A stretch of DNA of 64,000 nt from positions 32,001 to 96,000 of IMG/VR virus record IMGVR_UViG_2851870198_000001, one strand, 5' to 3'. The notes under the pieces were generated by a model, which did not search any database, had not been told where the DNA came from, and worked only from the letters and a program-made list of their open reading frames with translations. Source of the DNA: a virus (taxonomy: Duplodnaviria; Caudoviricetes). A program made the translations under genes and the position numbers. Below, piece by piece: positions 53,390 through 62,278 of the stretch (its first letter is position 1; each line of letters starts with the position of its first letter).

Positions 53390-53779
53390 ATGCTGAACTC
53401 TCTCCGCCGCGCCCTGAACGCTCAAAGTCTCGCCCTGTGGACTGCCGGGATCTCCGCCACGGGGAACACCACCCTGGCGCTCCTGACCGGCCTGGACGTG
53501 CGGCTCGGCTACTTCCTGCTCCTCGCCGCGGTCACCAGCGGCGCCCTGGCCGTTGCCGGTCCCGGCGCCGGAGGCCTGATCGCCTACGTCGCCGCCTCCG
53601 GCCTGTGCGGGATCTCCCTGTGGGCCGGACTCCTCCCCACGGCCGCGGTCGTCCTCGGCCGGGTCGTACGGCGCGCACGGATGCTCTCCCAGACCGACGC
53701 GACCGCACCCAAGCGCGGCGGCCGCCCGGGCGTCTGGGGCACGCTGCAGGCGTGGGCCGGCTGGGAGCAGAGGCGGTGA
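53390..53779 (+). CDS. Membrane protein
   Basis: GGAGG RBS; hydrophobic. Confidence 0.65.
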   Translation: MLNSLRRALNAQSLALWTAGISATGNTTLALLTGLDVRLGYFLLLAAVTSGALAVAGPGAGGLIAYVAASGLCGISLWAGLLPTAAVVLGRVVRRARMLSQTDATAPKRGGRPGVWGTLQAWAGWEQRR

Positions 53780-54255
53780 GCGGACTGCACGTCGTGCCCG
53801 TGCGGCAGGTCGAGGCGAAGGCCTTCGTCACCGCCTGGCACCGCCACCACAAGCCGCCGCCCGGCGCCGTGTTCTGCCTCGGCGCCGCCGACGACGACGG
53901 CATGCTGCGGGCCGTCGCGATGGTGGGGCGCCCCGTCGCCCGGCTCTTTGACGACGGGCGCACCTTGGAAGTCACCCGCACCGCCACAGACGGCGTCCGC
54001 AACGCCAACAGCGTCCTGTACGGCGCAGCATGGCGCGCAGCGAAGGCCCTCGGCTACGCGCGGCTGATCACGTACACGCAGGACGGGGAGAGCGGCGCGA
54101 GTCTTCGGGGCGCCGGCTGGAAGGTCATCGCGCAGCGCAAGGCCCGCCGCGGCTGGGACTGCGTCAGCAGGCCACGCTCCTCCCGCGGGACGGACAACAT
54201 CGCGCGCACCCTGTGGGAGGCGCCGAGCAGCTGCACGGACTCCGCCCCGCGGTAA
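53776..54255 (+). CDS. XF1762-family protein
   Basis: WHRHHKPP, VGRPVAR, LEVTR, NANSVLYGAAWRA, ESGASLRGAGW. Confidence 0.85.
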   Translation: MSGLHVVPVRQVEAKAFVTAWHRHHKPPPGAVFCLGAADDDGMLRAVAMVGRPVARLFDDGRTLEVTRTATDGVRNANSVLYGAAWRAAKALGYARLITYTQDGESGASLRGAGWKVIAQRKARRGWDCVSRPRSSRGTDNIARTLWEAPSSCTDSAPR

Positions 54256-54291
54256 GCGGCCCCGCACCGCGGCGGGCGCGGGGCCGAAGGG

Positions 54292-54951
54292 CTATGCGGC
54301 GGGCTCGTACGTCACCGACCAGCCCTCGCAGGACTCGGCCACCTGGTTCAGCGCGGCGACCTCCACCTCGTCGGCCGTGAGGCTCCAGCGCAGCTTGGTG
54401 CCCACCCACTCCACCACGTACCGGCAGTGCACATCGGCGACCGGCGGCAGCCACTCGGCCGGGTCCTGGTCCGACTTGCTGCGGTTCGAGCGTGCCGTCA
54501 CCGCGACCAGACTGACGGACGAGCCCTGATCGTTGGCGTAGGCCTCCCGGCGGGCCGACGTCCACGCGTACGCGCCGCTGTCCCAGGCTTCGGCGAGCGG
54601 CACCATGTGGTCGATGTCCAGCCCGGACGCGGACGTGACCCATGCCCCGTCGTAGTAGGAGAACCACCGTCCGCCGGTCAGGCGGCAGCCCGCGCCGACC
54701 TCCGGCGGCTCCACGGCCTCGTCCAGGAGTACCTCGTAGCGGGTGTTGCAGCCGTCCGCGGGGTCGTCGCCGGTGTTCCAGTGTCGGAACGCCGAGCGGC
54801 TGTAGCCGTCACGGGACTCGACGGCTGGCTGCAGGCTGGCCACGGCCTCCGCGAGCGGCAGCGTCTCGGCAGCGTGCACGGGCGCGGAGCTGGCGAGGGG
54901 CGTGAGGGCGAGCGCGGTGGCGGCGAGGCCACGCATCAGGGCTTTGATCAT
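54292..54951 (-). CDS. Secreted HNH nuclease (DUF1524-like)
   Basis: Signal peptide; DIDHMVPLAEAW; NRSKSD. Confidence 0.88.
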   Translation of the reverse strand: MIKALMRGLAATALALTPLASSAPVHAAETLPLAEAVASLQPAVESRDGYSRSAFRHWNTGDDPADGCNTRYEVLLDEAVEPPEVGAGCRLTGGRWFSYYDGAWVTSASGLDIDHMVPLAEAWDSGAYAWTSARREAYANDQGSSVSLVAVTARSNRSKSDQDPAEWLPPVADVHCRYVVEWVGTKLRWSLTADEVEVAALNQVAESCEGWSVTYEPAA

Positions 54952-55111
54952 GCCCCGGTGATAGCGACCGCGCGCGGCCGCCGTCCTGGGATCCGGCGGC
55001 ACGCCCCTCGGATGGCGGGCATTCGTCGTACCGGGGCGCCGAGTGCGCGGTCCGGGCCAGATCGTTCGTTTCGGCCGGTCAGAGCGGGGTTTGGGCGTAG
55101 GCTCACGGTTC

Positions 55112-55267
55112 GTGGAGAGCTACAGAATCCGCTGGACCGAGGACGGCGAGGAGCACGTCTCCGCGGTCGCCTACGGACCGAAGAGCGCACAGGTGCATGT
55201 GGACGAACTGAGGGCCCGCGAGGGCGTCTCCGACGTCGAGAAGTTCAGCGTCAAACCGGGGGAGTAA
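55112..55267 (+). CDS. Small hypothetical protein (51 aa)
   Basis: TAGGCT -10 before GTG; TAATG coupling to the next gene. Confidence 0.5.
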   Translation: MESYRIRWTEDGEEHVSAVAYGPKSAQVHVDELRAREGVSDVEKFSVKPGE

Positions 55268-55611
55268 TGGGACTGGGCTTGTATGAGGACGTCACGACGC
55301 TGGCCGGAAAGATGGGGGGTATGGACAAGTTCCTCGGCTCCTTGGAGAAGGCCGCGTATGAGAAGGGCATGACTGCGGGCATCAAGAAGGGCATGGCGGC
55401 GGGCTTCAAGAAGGGCGCAGTCACGGGCTTCAACAAGGGCGTGGCCGCGGGCTTCAACAAGGGCACCGTCGTTGGCGTGGTGATCACCGGAGCCGCTGCT
55501 GGTGGGGTCGCTGTCGCAGCCCATTGGTACATGGCTCGCAAGGAGCGCGCCGAGGAGACGCAGAAGGGGCCAGCGCCGGGCGCGCCGGAGTCTGAGGACA
55601 GCGACTCCTGA
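55267..55611 (+). CDS. GxxxG octad-repeat membrane-anchored protein
   Basis: Five KG-anchored 8-aa repeats followed by a TM segment. Confidence 0.65.
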   Translation: MGLGLYEDVTTLAGKMGGMDKFLGSLEKAAYEKGMTAGIKKGMAAGFKKGAVTGFNKGVAAGFNKGTVVGVVITGAAAGGVAVAAHWYMARKERAEETQKGPAPGAPESEDSDS

Positions 55612-55615
55612 GCAA

Positions 55616-55653
55616 GGGGGAACCCCCGGCTGCTTCGGCGGCAGGGGGTTCCT
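55616..55653. terminator. Bidirectional terminator-like hairpin
   Basis: GGAACCCCC...GGGGGTTCC between convergent genes. Confidence 0.65.
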
Positions 55654-56621
55654 CACTCCTGGAACCGCGGCACCTCGCCCGGGGCGACGTCGGGGCGCGC
55701 CCGGTGCCAGCGCGCGGCGTGCCTCCAGCGGCCTCCGCTGTCGCGAGCGACGTCGACGCCGACCTCCACCACCAAGTCGGGCGCCACGAGCGTCACGTGC
55801 AAGGTCTCCCGTGTCCCCCACCCGGCGGAGAACGTCCACCCGGTCCACGGATGCCGCGCGGCGGCCGCGGTGAGCAGCGGGGCCAGCATGCGGCCCGCGG
55901 CCTGCGGGAGCGTCGTGGTGCGGCCGACGTAGCGCAGCCGGCCCGCGGTGTCGTACCGGCCGAGGAGCAGCGTGCGGGGCGCGGCGGCCGGGCCGGTGTA
56001 CGCGCCCACGATCGCGTCCTCGGTGTGCCTCACCTTGTGCTTCTTCCACCCTCTCGCCCCTGGGGCGTAGGTGCTGCGCAGCCGCTTGAAGACCACGCCC
56101 TCGATGCCCACCTGGGTCCAGTTGGCCAGCCAGTCGTCCACGGTGGACTGCTCGGTGGTCGACGGGCACAGCGCCCACGTACCGGACAGTCCGTGCTCGG
56201 CGAAGAGCCCTTCCAGGGCCGCACGGCGCCGCTCGTACGGCCATCCGGTGGTGTCGGTGCCCTCCAGGCGCAGCAGGTCGAAGGCGACGAAGTGGGCGGG
56301 CCACTCCTCGGCGAGCCGGGCGGCCGCGGGCCCGCGCCGCTGCAGGCGCCCCTGCAGCCGCTCGAACGCGAGCCGGCCGCCCTCCCACACGATGAGCTCC
56401 CCGTCGAGGGCCGTACGGTCAGGGAGCTGCCCGGCGGCCGCGCGTACCTCGGGGAACGCCTCGGTCAGTGGGGTGCCCTGCCGGGAGCGCAGCACCAGGT
56501 TCCCCTGGCTCCAGGACAGCAGGGCGCGCCACCCGTCGAGCTTCACCTCTGCCGCCCACCCTGCGGGCAGGACGGGGTCCGGCGTCGGGGCGGCGAGCAT
56601 CGGCTCCGGCAAGGTCCACAT
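55653..56621 (-). CDS. ATP-dependent DNA ligase (LigC/LigD-ligase-like)
   Basis: EVKLDGWR, LDGELIV, FVAFDLL, EGVVFK, WKKHK. Confidence 0.93.
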   Translation of the reverse strand: MWTLPEPMLAAPTPDPVLPAGWAAEVKLDGWRALLSWSQGNLVLRSRQGTPLTEAFPEVRAAAGQLPDRTALDGELIVWEGGRLAFERLQGRLQRRGPAAARLAEEWPAHFVAFDLLRLEGTDTTGWPYERRRAALEGLFAEHGLSGTWALCPSTTEQSTVDDWLANWTQVGIEGVVFKRLRSTYAPGARGWKKHKVRHTEDAIVGAYTGPAAAPRTLLLGRYDTAGRLRYVGRTTTLPQAAGRMLAPLLTAAAARHPWTGWTFSAGWGTRETLHVTLVAPDLVVEVGVDVARDSGGRWRHAARWHRARPDVAPGEVPRFQE

Positions 56622-56644
56622 GCCGCAGGTGTTCCACGCGCGGG

Positions 56645-56986
56645 TCAGCCGTCCACATAGCCGAGCTCGGTGTCCGGGCGGCAGTGCGAGCACGCCGGCA
56701 CACCTTCCGCGAGCGCGCGGAGCGCCTGCTCCCGGCTCACGCCCTCCGAGCGTTTACCCGCGTTCCAGCAGCCGCCGACGTGGACGTACACGGGCGCCGA
56801 GCGCGCATTCAGCCCGCGCTCCAGCAGCCAGTCCGGGACGGGTGGGCGCGCCTGCATCCCGCGCTGGCGTTCGGCCTCCCGCTGCTCCTCCGCAGCGATC
56901 CATCGTCGGGTGCGCTCCAGGTCCCTCCGCTGGACCTCCTCCAGGAAGCGGAGCAGCGCGAGACGCGACACATTGGCATCGCTCAT
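56645..56986 (-). CDS. DUF6233-like protein
   Basis: VHVGGCW...ACSHCRPDTELG. Confidence 0.8.
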   Translation of the reverse strand: MSDANVSRLALLRFLEEVQRRDLERTRRWIAAEEQREAERQRGMQARPPVPDWLLERGLNARSAPVYVHVGGCWNAGKRSEGVSREQALRALAEGVPACSHCRPDTELGYVDG

Positions 56987-56994
56987 ACGTTCGA
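56979..56994 (-). promoter_or_regulatory. LexA/SOS box overlapping a leaderless start
   Basis: TCGAAC-GTAT-GAGCGA with TAGAAT -10 immediately upstream. Confidence 0.7.
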
Positions 56995-57047
56995 TTCTAG
57001 GATGTGCTGGTCACACGGCCACACGGGGGGAAGGGAGGGAGACCGCT

Positions 57048-57380
57048 ATGGAGCCCGCGGAGCTGCTCGCCCGGCACGGCATCGCCCCCGGCGCGCTGGA
57101 ACCCGCCCCCGCGCCGCCCGCCCGGCGCCACACCCTTGACCGCGTCACGGCCATGCCGCCGCGCCCCTGCTCCGTCTGCGGCCACATGGCCGTGACCGCC
57201 CGCGCCGTGGCCTTCGCCGGTGCCGGACACCGCTGGGTGGACCTGTGCCGGGACCACGCTCTGGCCGTGTGGCGGCCCTCCCGGGTCCCTGCGACGCTGC
57301 CCGAGATCGCGGCGGACCTGCGCGCGGCTCTGGAGGCTGCTGAGCGGGCGTACGCCGAGCGGAGCCGGGAGGTGACGTGA
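57048..57380 (+). CDS. Hypothetical Zn-finger-like protein
   Basis: GGAG RBS; CSVC...WVDLC..H. Confidence 0.65.
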   Translation: MEPAELLARHGIAPGALEPAPAPPARRHTLDRVTAMPPRPCSVCGHMAVTARAVAFAGAGHRWVDLCRDHALAVWRPSRVPATLPEIAADLRAALEAAERAYAERSREVT

Positions 57381-57509
57381 CGCGGATCCTGCGTACGGGG
57401 GGCTGCGTCACGCCACGTCGGGAGCGGGCCGGCTGCACGTCGCGGCACCGGGCCCGTTCTCTATTCTGTTCGAGTCGGCCGCGGGGTCGGCCGACGAGAA
57501 GAGGAAGCC

Positions 57510-57710
57510 ATGAGCAGCACCCCGGTACCGCCTGTGACCGAGCCGGACAGATCGGCCCAGTTCTGCCCGTCCGACCAGATCGGACCGTGCGCCATGTGCC
57601 AGCGGCCGACCCACAAGTACGGCCACGGCGCGCGGTCCCCGCTGTGCGACTACTGCGACGAGGTGGCCGTGCAGAAGTGGGGTAAGCCGCTGCGCGTCGC
57701 CCGGGCCTGA
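57510..57710 (+). CDS. Small Zn-finger protein
   Basis: GAGGA RBS; CAMC...CDYC. Confidence 0.65.
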   Translation: MSSTPVPPVTEPDRSAQFCPSDQIGPCAMCQRPTHKYGHGARSPLCDYCDEVAVQKWGKPLRVARA

Positions 57711-57753
57711 CGATGTGACGTGACGTGAGGGCCGCCGGAGCGGCCGCGTCATG

Positions 57754-59148
57754 TCACGTACGGGCGTGCACGACCTCCACCCGCGAGGCGTCCGACAGGG
57801 AGCGGACGACGATCGCGGACGTGAGGCGCCTCCCCCGGTGGATGCTCGGGCAGCACGCGTCATGGATCGCGGCGTAGTAGGCGCTGATGTGGTCGCTCGC
57901 GTCACTCGGCGTCAACGGCCGGTTGTCGGTGAGCGCCGCCATGAGCGCGTTGACCGGGTGCCCGGGCGCAGCGGGGGCCGGCTGGCAGACCTCGGGGCGC
58001 GCCGCCCGCGCGCCGAGCTTCGCGGCCAGGTCCGCGGCCTTGGACTCGGCCTCCTCCGCACGCTGCTCCGCCCGCCTCGCCCGCTCTTCGGCGACCTGCT
58101 CAGCGCCCGTACGGCGCGCGCGGGCCTCGTGCCCGGCCTCCTCCGGCGACATGCCGTAGTACTGGCCCAGGGCGATCCAGACGTCCACCCACGTCTTCGC
58201 CTTCCGGATGGTGTCGAGGGCGCGCTGCGCCGCGGTCGGCGTCTGCGAGCGGAGGGCGAGCGCGGCAGCGGTGGTCTCCTGGACGCGCTTCGTCGCCTCC
58301 CGTGCTTCCCGTAGGGCGGTGTCCCGCTGGGTGACGAGGTCGGTGTGCCGGGCGCTGCCGGAGCCGCTGGCACGCTCGGCGTGCTCCAGGTCGCGGCGGG
58401 CCAGGGCGAGCTCTGCGGCCGCGCCGCAGTGGCAGGTGACATGGGGGAGGGTGCCGTCGTATTCGGCAACGGCGGCCAGGGCGGCGCTGAGGGTAGTAGC
58501 CGATCGGACGCGGATGACGGCGGCTTCCGCACGGTGGGCGCGGTTGCGGTAGCGCATCGTGCGGGCCACGGCGGCGTTCTCACGGGTCCGGGCGTCGGCG
58601 GCGTTCTTCTGCGCCTGGTCGGCGCGCCCGTTGGCCTCGGCCGCGGTGGAGGACTGGTAGCGGGCGCTGGCGGCCCAGCGGTGCGCGGTGGCCGCGTGCT
58701 CGATGAGCGTGGGCCACGGGGTGGCCGGGTCGAGGTCGAGGGCGTCGGCCAGGGCGCGGCGGCGCCTCTCGTCGGCCCCGGCAGCGGGATCGAGGGCGAG
58801 CGCCGGCCCGGGTGCGCAGTCGGCAGGGCGCGGCTGCGCCGCGGCGGTGAGCCGGGCGGCTTCCGCTTCGGCGGCCGCGACCCGGTCTTCGAGTTCGCGT
58901 ATCGCAGTGTCCGCGGCCTCCCGGTTGGTCGTGAGGGCGCGCTGTGTGGTGGCCAGGGTTCCGCGGAGCTCTTCGCCGATGCGGACCTCTTCGCGGACGT
59001 ACGCGGCCAGGGCGGCGCCTTCGGCCGGGGAGAGGCGTCCGGCTTCCAGGCGGGGCAGGTACCGGTCGAACGTGGCGTGCCGGTCCCGGCGCTGCTGCTG
59101 CTGGGGGTACTTGTTGCGTGATCCGCGGTGCGGGCGGGGGTGGCTCAC
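57754..59148 (-). CDS. Ala/Arg-rich coiled-coil protein
   Basis: 464-aa ORF, GAGGAG RBS, heptad-like segments. Confidence 0.75.
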   Translation of the reverse strand: MSHPRPHRGSRNKYPQQQQRRDRHATFDRYLPRLEAGRLSPAEGAALAAYVREEVRIGEELRGTLATTQRALTTNREAADTAIRELEDRVAAAEAEAARLTAAAQPRPADCAPGPALALDPAAGADERRRRALADALDLDPATPWPTLIEHAATAHRWAASARYQSSTAAEANGRADQAQKNAADARTRENAAVARTMRYRNRAHRAEAAVIRVRSATTLSAALAAVAEYDGTLPHVTCHCGAAAELALARRDLEHAERASGSGSARHTDLVTQRDTALREAREATKRVQETTAAALALRSQTPTAAQRALDTIRKAKTWVDVWIALGQYYGMSPEEAGHEARARRTGAEQVAEERARRAEQRAEEAESKAADLAAKLGARAARPEVCQPAPAAPGHPVNALMAALTDNRPLTPSDASDHISAYYAAIHDACCPSIHRGRRLTSAIVVRSLSDASRVEVVHART

Positions 59149-59170
59149 GGGCTCGGCTCCTCTGGTGTGG

Positions 59171-59494
59171 TCAGCGGCGGGGCGCGGCGGGCGCCTTCGG
59201 GCGGACGGCCTTCGGTTCGGCCGGGGCCTTCACCCCGGGGCGTACGGCGGGCCGCTTCCGCGTGCCGGGGAGGGCGGCCGGCACGCTGTCGGCGCCGTAC
59301 AGGACGCAGGGGCGTGCGCCGGACGGGACCAGGTCGACGGAGCCGGTACGGGATGCGGGGCACCGCGGCATCCCGTCGTCGTCGCCGGTCTGCAGAGCGG
59401 CCAGGAGCGCAATCCCGGACACGATCAGGACCAGGACGACGAAGAACACGGTCGCTCGAAAGTGCCGGTCGTGCTTGGCGGTGTGGTGGTGCAT
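59171..59494 (-). CDS. Single-TM protein
   Basis: Hydrophobic N-terminal helix. Confidence 0.6.
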   Translation of the reverse strand: MHHHTAKHDRHFRATVFFVVLVLIVSGIALLAALQTGDDDGMPRCPASRTGSVDLVPSGARPCVLYGADSVPAALPGTRKRPAVRPGVKAPAEPKAVRPKAPAAPRR

Positions 59495-59509
59495 CAGGGC
59501 CCTTTCGGG

Positions 59510-59941
59510 TCAGAGGACGAGTTGGGTGTCGCGGCTGTCGCCCTGGACGTAGTGGTCCTCACCGGGGAAGCGGCCCGCGTGGTCGGGCATGAGGACCTGC
59601 CACAGGGGCGTGGCGGGGGCGAGTCCGCGGAAGCGGCCGGTGTCGGTGACGGGGCGCAGCCGGGCAAGGTGGCCGCGGAGGACGCGGTCGAGGAGCAGCC
59701 CGTCAACGGGGGTGAGGTCGTCTTCCTCGAGTTGCGCCATGGCGCAGTCAAGGACGTCGTCCGCGAGCGGGTACGGCAGTCCGCTCACTGCCAGCTCGTA
59801 CGCGCGGCCGGGCCGGTCGGCGAGGCCGATGGTGTACGTGTACGGCGGGGTGACGTGGGCGGGGTCCCACACGTGCATGACGGCGTGGGGCGGGGTCTCG
59901 GCGAGCACGCAGGAAGACAGGCGGGCGGTGTCGGTGCTCAA
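59510..59941 (-). CDS. DUF4262-like protein
   Basis: YTYTIGL...ELAVSGL...QVLMPDHAGRFP; start uncertain (TTG 59941). Confidence 0.7.
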   Translation of the reverse strand: MSTDTARLSSCVLAETPPHAVMHVWDPAHVTPPYTYTIGLADRPGRAYELAVSGLPYPLADDVLDCAMAQLEEDDLTPVDGLLLDRVLRGHLARLRPVTDTGRFRGLAPATPLWQVLMPDHAGRFPGEDHYVQGDSRDTQLVL

Positions 59942-59975
59942 GGGTGTGCGGTTCCTTCCCGGGGTGGCTGTGCGG

Positions 59976-60005
59976 TAGACGGAGTGAAGGCCTTGATCCG
60001 TTACA
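59976..60005 (-). promoter_or_regulatory. Class B promoter
   Basis: TGTAAC-N18-CGTCTA. Confidence 0.55.
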
Positions 60006-60018
60006 GCCGGGCGGCCGC

Positions 60019-60219
60019 TCATGTGCGGGTGTCGGCTTCCTCGCGGCACCAGTCGGCGAGCGCGAGCAGCTCGGACCGGGTGAGGGTGCGCAGCAGCGGC
60101 AGGGCGCGCGCCTTGTCGGTGAGGGCCGGGGCGGACGTGAAGGGGATGGGCGCGGCCGTGGCAATGGCGGGCGTCCGGTGCACGCCGACGGTGAGGTCGG
60201 CGCCTCCTGGGATGTTCAC
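60019..60219 (-). CDS. Small hypothetical protein
   Basis: Co-oriented ORF with GC3 bias. Confidence 0.5.
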   Translation of the reverse strand: MNIPGGADLTVGVHRTPAIATAAPIPFTSAPALTDKARALPLLRTLTRSELLALADWCREEADTRT

Positions 60220-60287
60220 GGGTGCTCACGATCTACTCGTGCAAGGACGGCCCGGGGCGCGGGTGTGCGCCGCGGGCCGGCTGCCGG

Positions 60288-60953
60288 TCAGCGGGTGGTG
60301 TCGAGTTCGGCGAGGAGCGCCGTGGTGAAGGTGCGGGCGACCGCGACGGCCGGGCGCCGCCAGGCAGGGGAGTTCGCCAGGAACGTCCATCCGGTCTCGT
60401 TCAGCGGGATGTGCCGGTAGCCCTCGGCGGCGGGGACGGCGTCGGGCTGGTGCGCGCCGTAGGCGTCCACGAGAGCGCCGTCCGGGCGGACGACCACCAC
60501 GTGGTGGAAGCGGCAGGCGCACAGCCCGGCGTAGGCGTCATCGTCGGCGCTGCACTCGTCGGGGTCGTACACGCAGTCAGGGGTGATGAGCACGGCCATG
60601 GGCCAGCCGGTCACCTCGGCCAGGGCGCGGGCGAGGGCATGGCACTGGCCGCGGGTGAACGCCTTGCGGGCGTGGTCATCGAGTTGGCCGGTGATGAGGC
60701 TGAACCGGGCGCCGTTCGCGCCGGGCACAGCGACCGACAGTCCGGCCGGGAGCGGGAAGTGCTCGGCGAGCTCCTCCATCGCCGCGGTGAGGAAGTCGTG
60801 CGTCTCTGCGGCCGCTTCCGCCTGGGCGTCGGCGAAGTCCTCGTCGGAGTCGTCGGTGTCGCCGTAGGCGTCGGCGTACGGGGCGAGGTCGGCGCGGTGC
60901 CGGTCGGTCATCTGCCAGTAGCGCAGGAGCAGGGAGGTGACGGTGTCGCTCAC
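60288..60953 (-). CDS. Hypothetical protein, possible papain-like Cys-His-Asp fold
   Basis: FTRGQCHALARAL...HHVVV...LVDAYG. Confidence 0.65.
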   Translation of the reverse strand: MSDTVTSLLLRYWQMTDRHRADLAPYADAYGDTDDSDEDFADAQAEAAAETHDFLTAAMEELAEHFPLPAGLSVAVPGANGARFSLITGQLDDHARKAFTRGQCHALARALAEVTGWPMAVLITPDCVYDPDECSADDDAYAGLCACRFHHVVVVRPDGALVDAYGAHQPDAVPAAEGYRHIPLNETGWTFLANSPAWRRPAVAVARTFTTALLAELDTTR

Positions 60954-61018
60954 GAGTGTGTGCCTTCCGGCGGTAGAGGTGCGGGCCGGCCGGGTGTGGC
61001 CGGGCGCAGCAAGGGGTG

Positions 61019-61246
61019 TCAGCGGGCGGGCGGCAGCACGGGCCGGACGTCGTGGTGTTCGGCGTCGTAGTCGCGGCGTACGCGGTGAAGGATCAGGTCC
61101 GCGGTTGCGGGGTCGAAGCCGAGGAGCAGATCGGTCATGAGGTCGCTGGCCTGCCAGTTCAGCGGTTCGTGCATCTCGCTCGGCCCGACCAGCGAGGCGT
61201 AGCGGGCGAGGGCGGTAATGGCGGCCGCGCGGGTGTCGGCGCTCAC
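61019..61246 (-). CDS. Small hypothetical protein
   Basis: GGAGG RBS, GTGA coupling. Confidence 0.6.
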   Translation of the reverse strand: MSADTRAAAITALARYASLVGPSEMHEPLNWQASDLMTDLLLGFDPATADLILHRVRRDYDAEHHDVRPVLPPAR

Positions 61247-61530
61247 TGGGCGGCCTCCTGCGGTTGGTCCCGCAGGACGTTCATGGCGGTGATCACGGCG
61301 CGCGCCACGGTGCCGATGAACTCGCCGCGCTGCCCTCCGGTGCGCTCGGCGAACCGGTCATTGGCCAGGGACATGAACCGGTCGGTGGGGTCGCTGCCGC
61401 CGGTGATGAGCACGGCCAGTTGGTCGGGGGAGGCCTGGTTCAGGTCGAGGGCCATTTCCACGATCACGGGGTGCGCGGTGAGGGCGCGTACGGACGCGTC
61501 GAGCGTGGGGCTGACAGCGGTGACGCTCAT
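61243..61530 (-). CDS. Hypothetical protein
   Basis: GGAG RBS before ATG 61530. Confidence 0.6.
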   Translation of the reverse strand: MSVTAVSPTLDASVRALTAHPVIVEMALDLNQASPDQLAVLITGGSDPTDRFMSLANDRFAERTGGQRGEFIGTVARAVITAMNVLRDQPQEAAQ

Positions 61531-61633
61531 CGGGGGTGCTCCCATCGGCGGGGTGGGCGGGCGATGGGGGCGCAGCATGCGGGGCGGGACCGCTTGTGTC
61601 GCGCGGTCCCGCCCCGTCGGTGCTGTGTGCTGG

Positions 61634-62167
61634 TCAGGCGGGCCGGAAGTGGGCGCGGCGGCCGCCGTGCGGGGAGGTGAGGGTGAACGTCCCGCCGGTG
61701 CCGGGGGTGATGCGGGCGCCGTTGCGGATCGACTTCTGTGCGCTGGCCATGGCGTGCCCCCATGACAGGACGGTGCGCCATGCGGGGGTGTCGGTGCCGT
61801 CCACGTCGATGGCGTAGTTGGGTGCCTCGGCGCGGGGGCGGACGGTGGCGCGCAGCACGTCGCGCTTGTCCTCGGTGCCGAGTTCGGCGGTGGCGCGTTC
61901 GGCGGGCGTCATGCCGTTGAGGCGGGCGGCGCGCGCGAGTTCGGCGAGGGCCTCCGCGACGCCGTGGCCGAGGGCGGTCAGGGCGTAGCGGGCGTGGCGG
62001 TTGCGGGGGTCGCTGGTGGGGCAGATGAGCCGCTTGTCGTACAGGGCGGCGAGGGTGGAGCGGCGGACGTCCACGGGCACCCGCCCGTGGTCGGCGGCGG
62101 CCGCGGTGACGGTCTGCTGCTGCCGGTCGGACATGTCGCGGATGATGCGGCGGAGGTAGGCGTTCAC
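61634..62167 (-). CDS. Hypothetical protein (possible wHTH N-terminus)
   Basis: GAAGG RBS; STLAALYDKRLI...YALTALG. Confidence 0.65.
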   Translation of the reverse strand: MNAYLRRIIRDMSDRQQQTVTAAAADHGRVPVDVRRSTLAALYDKRLICPTSDPRNRHARYALTALGHGVAEALAELARAARLNGMTPAERATAELGTEDKRDVLRATVRPRAEAPNYAIDVDGTDTPAWRTVLSWGHAMASAQKSIRNGARITPGTGGTFTLTSPHGGRRAHFRPA

Positions 62168-62186
62168 GGGCGTGCCCTTCGGGTGT

Positions 62187-62270
62187 GGGAGCGGGCCGGC
62201 CGTCTCGCTCGTGACGGCCGGAGGCTGATGCGGGGCGCACCCCCGGGCCGGCGTGCGGCCCGGGGGTGCG
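62187..62270 (-). ncRNA. Structured leader repeat copy 1 (two hairpins + possible pseudoknot)
   Basis: Hairpin with loop CACGC, hairpin with loop ACGAGCGA, then CCGCTCCC. Confidence 0.55.
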
Positions 62271-62278
62271 GGGAGGGG

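Noticed and set aside
57455-57475. Possible second LexA box
   Set aside because: Only one half-site (GTTCGA) matches
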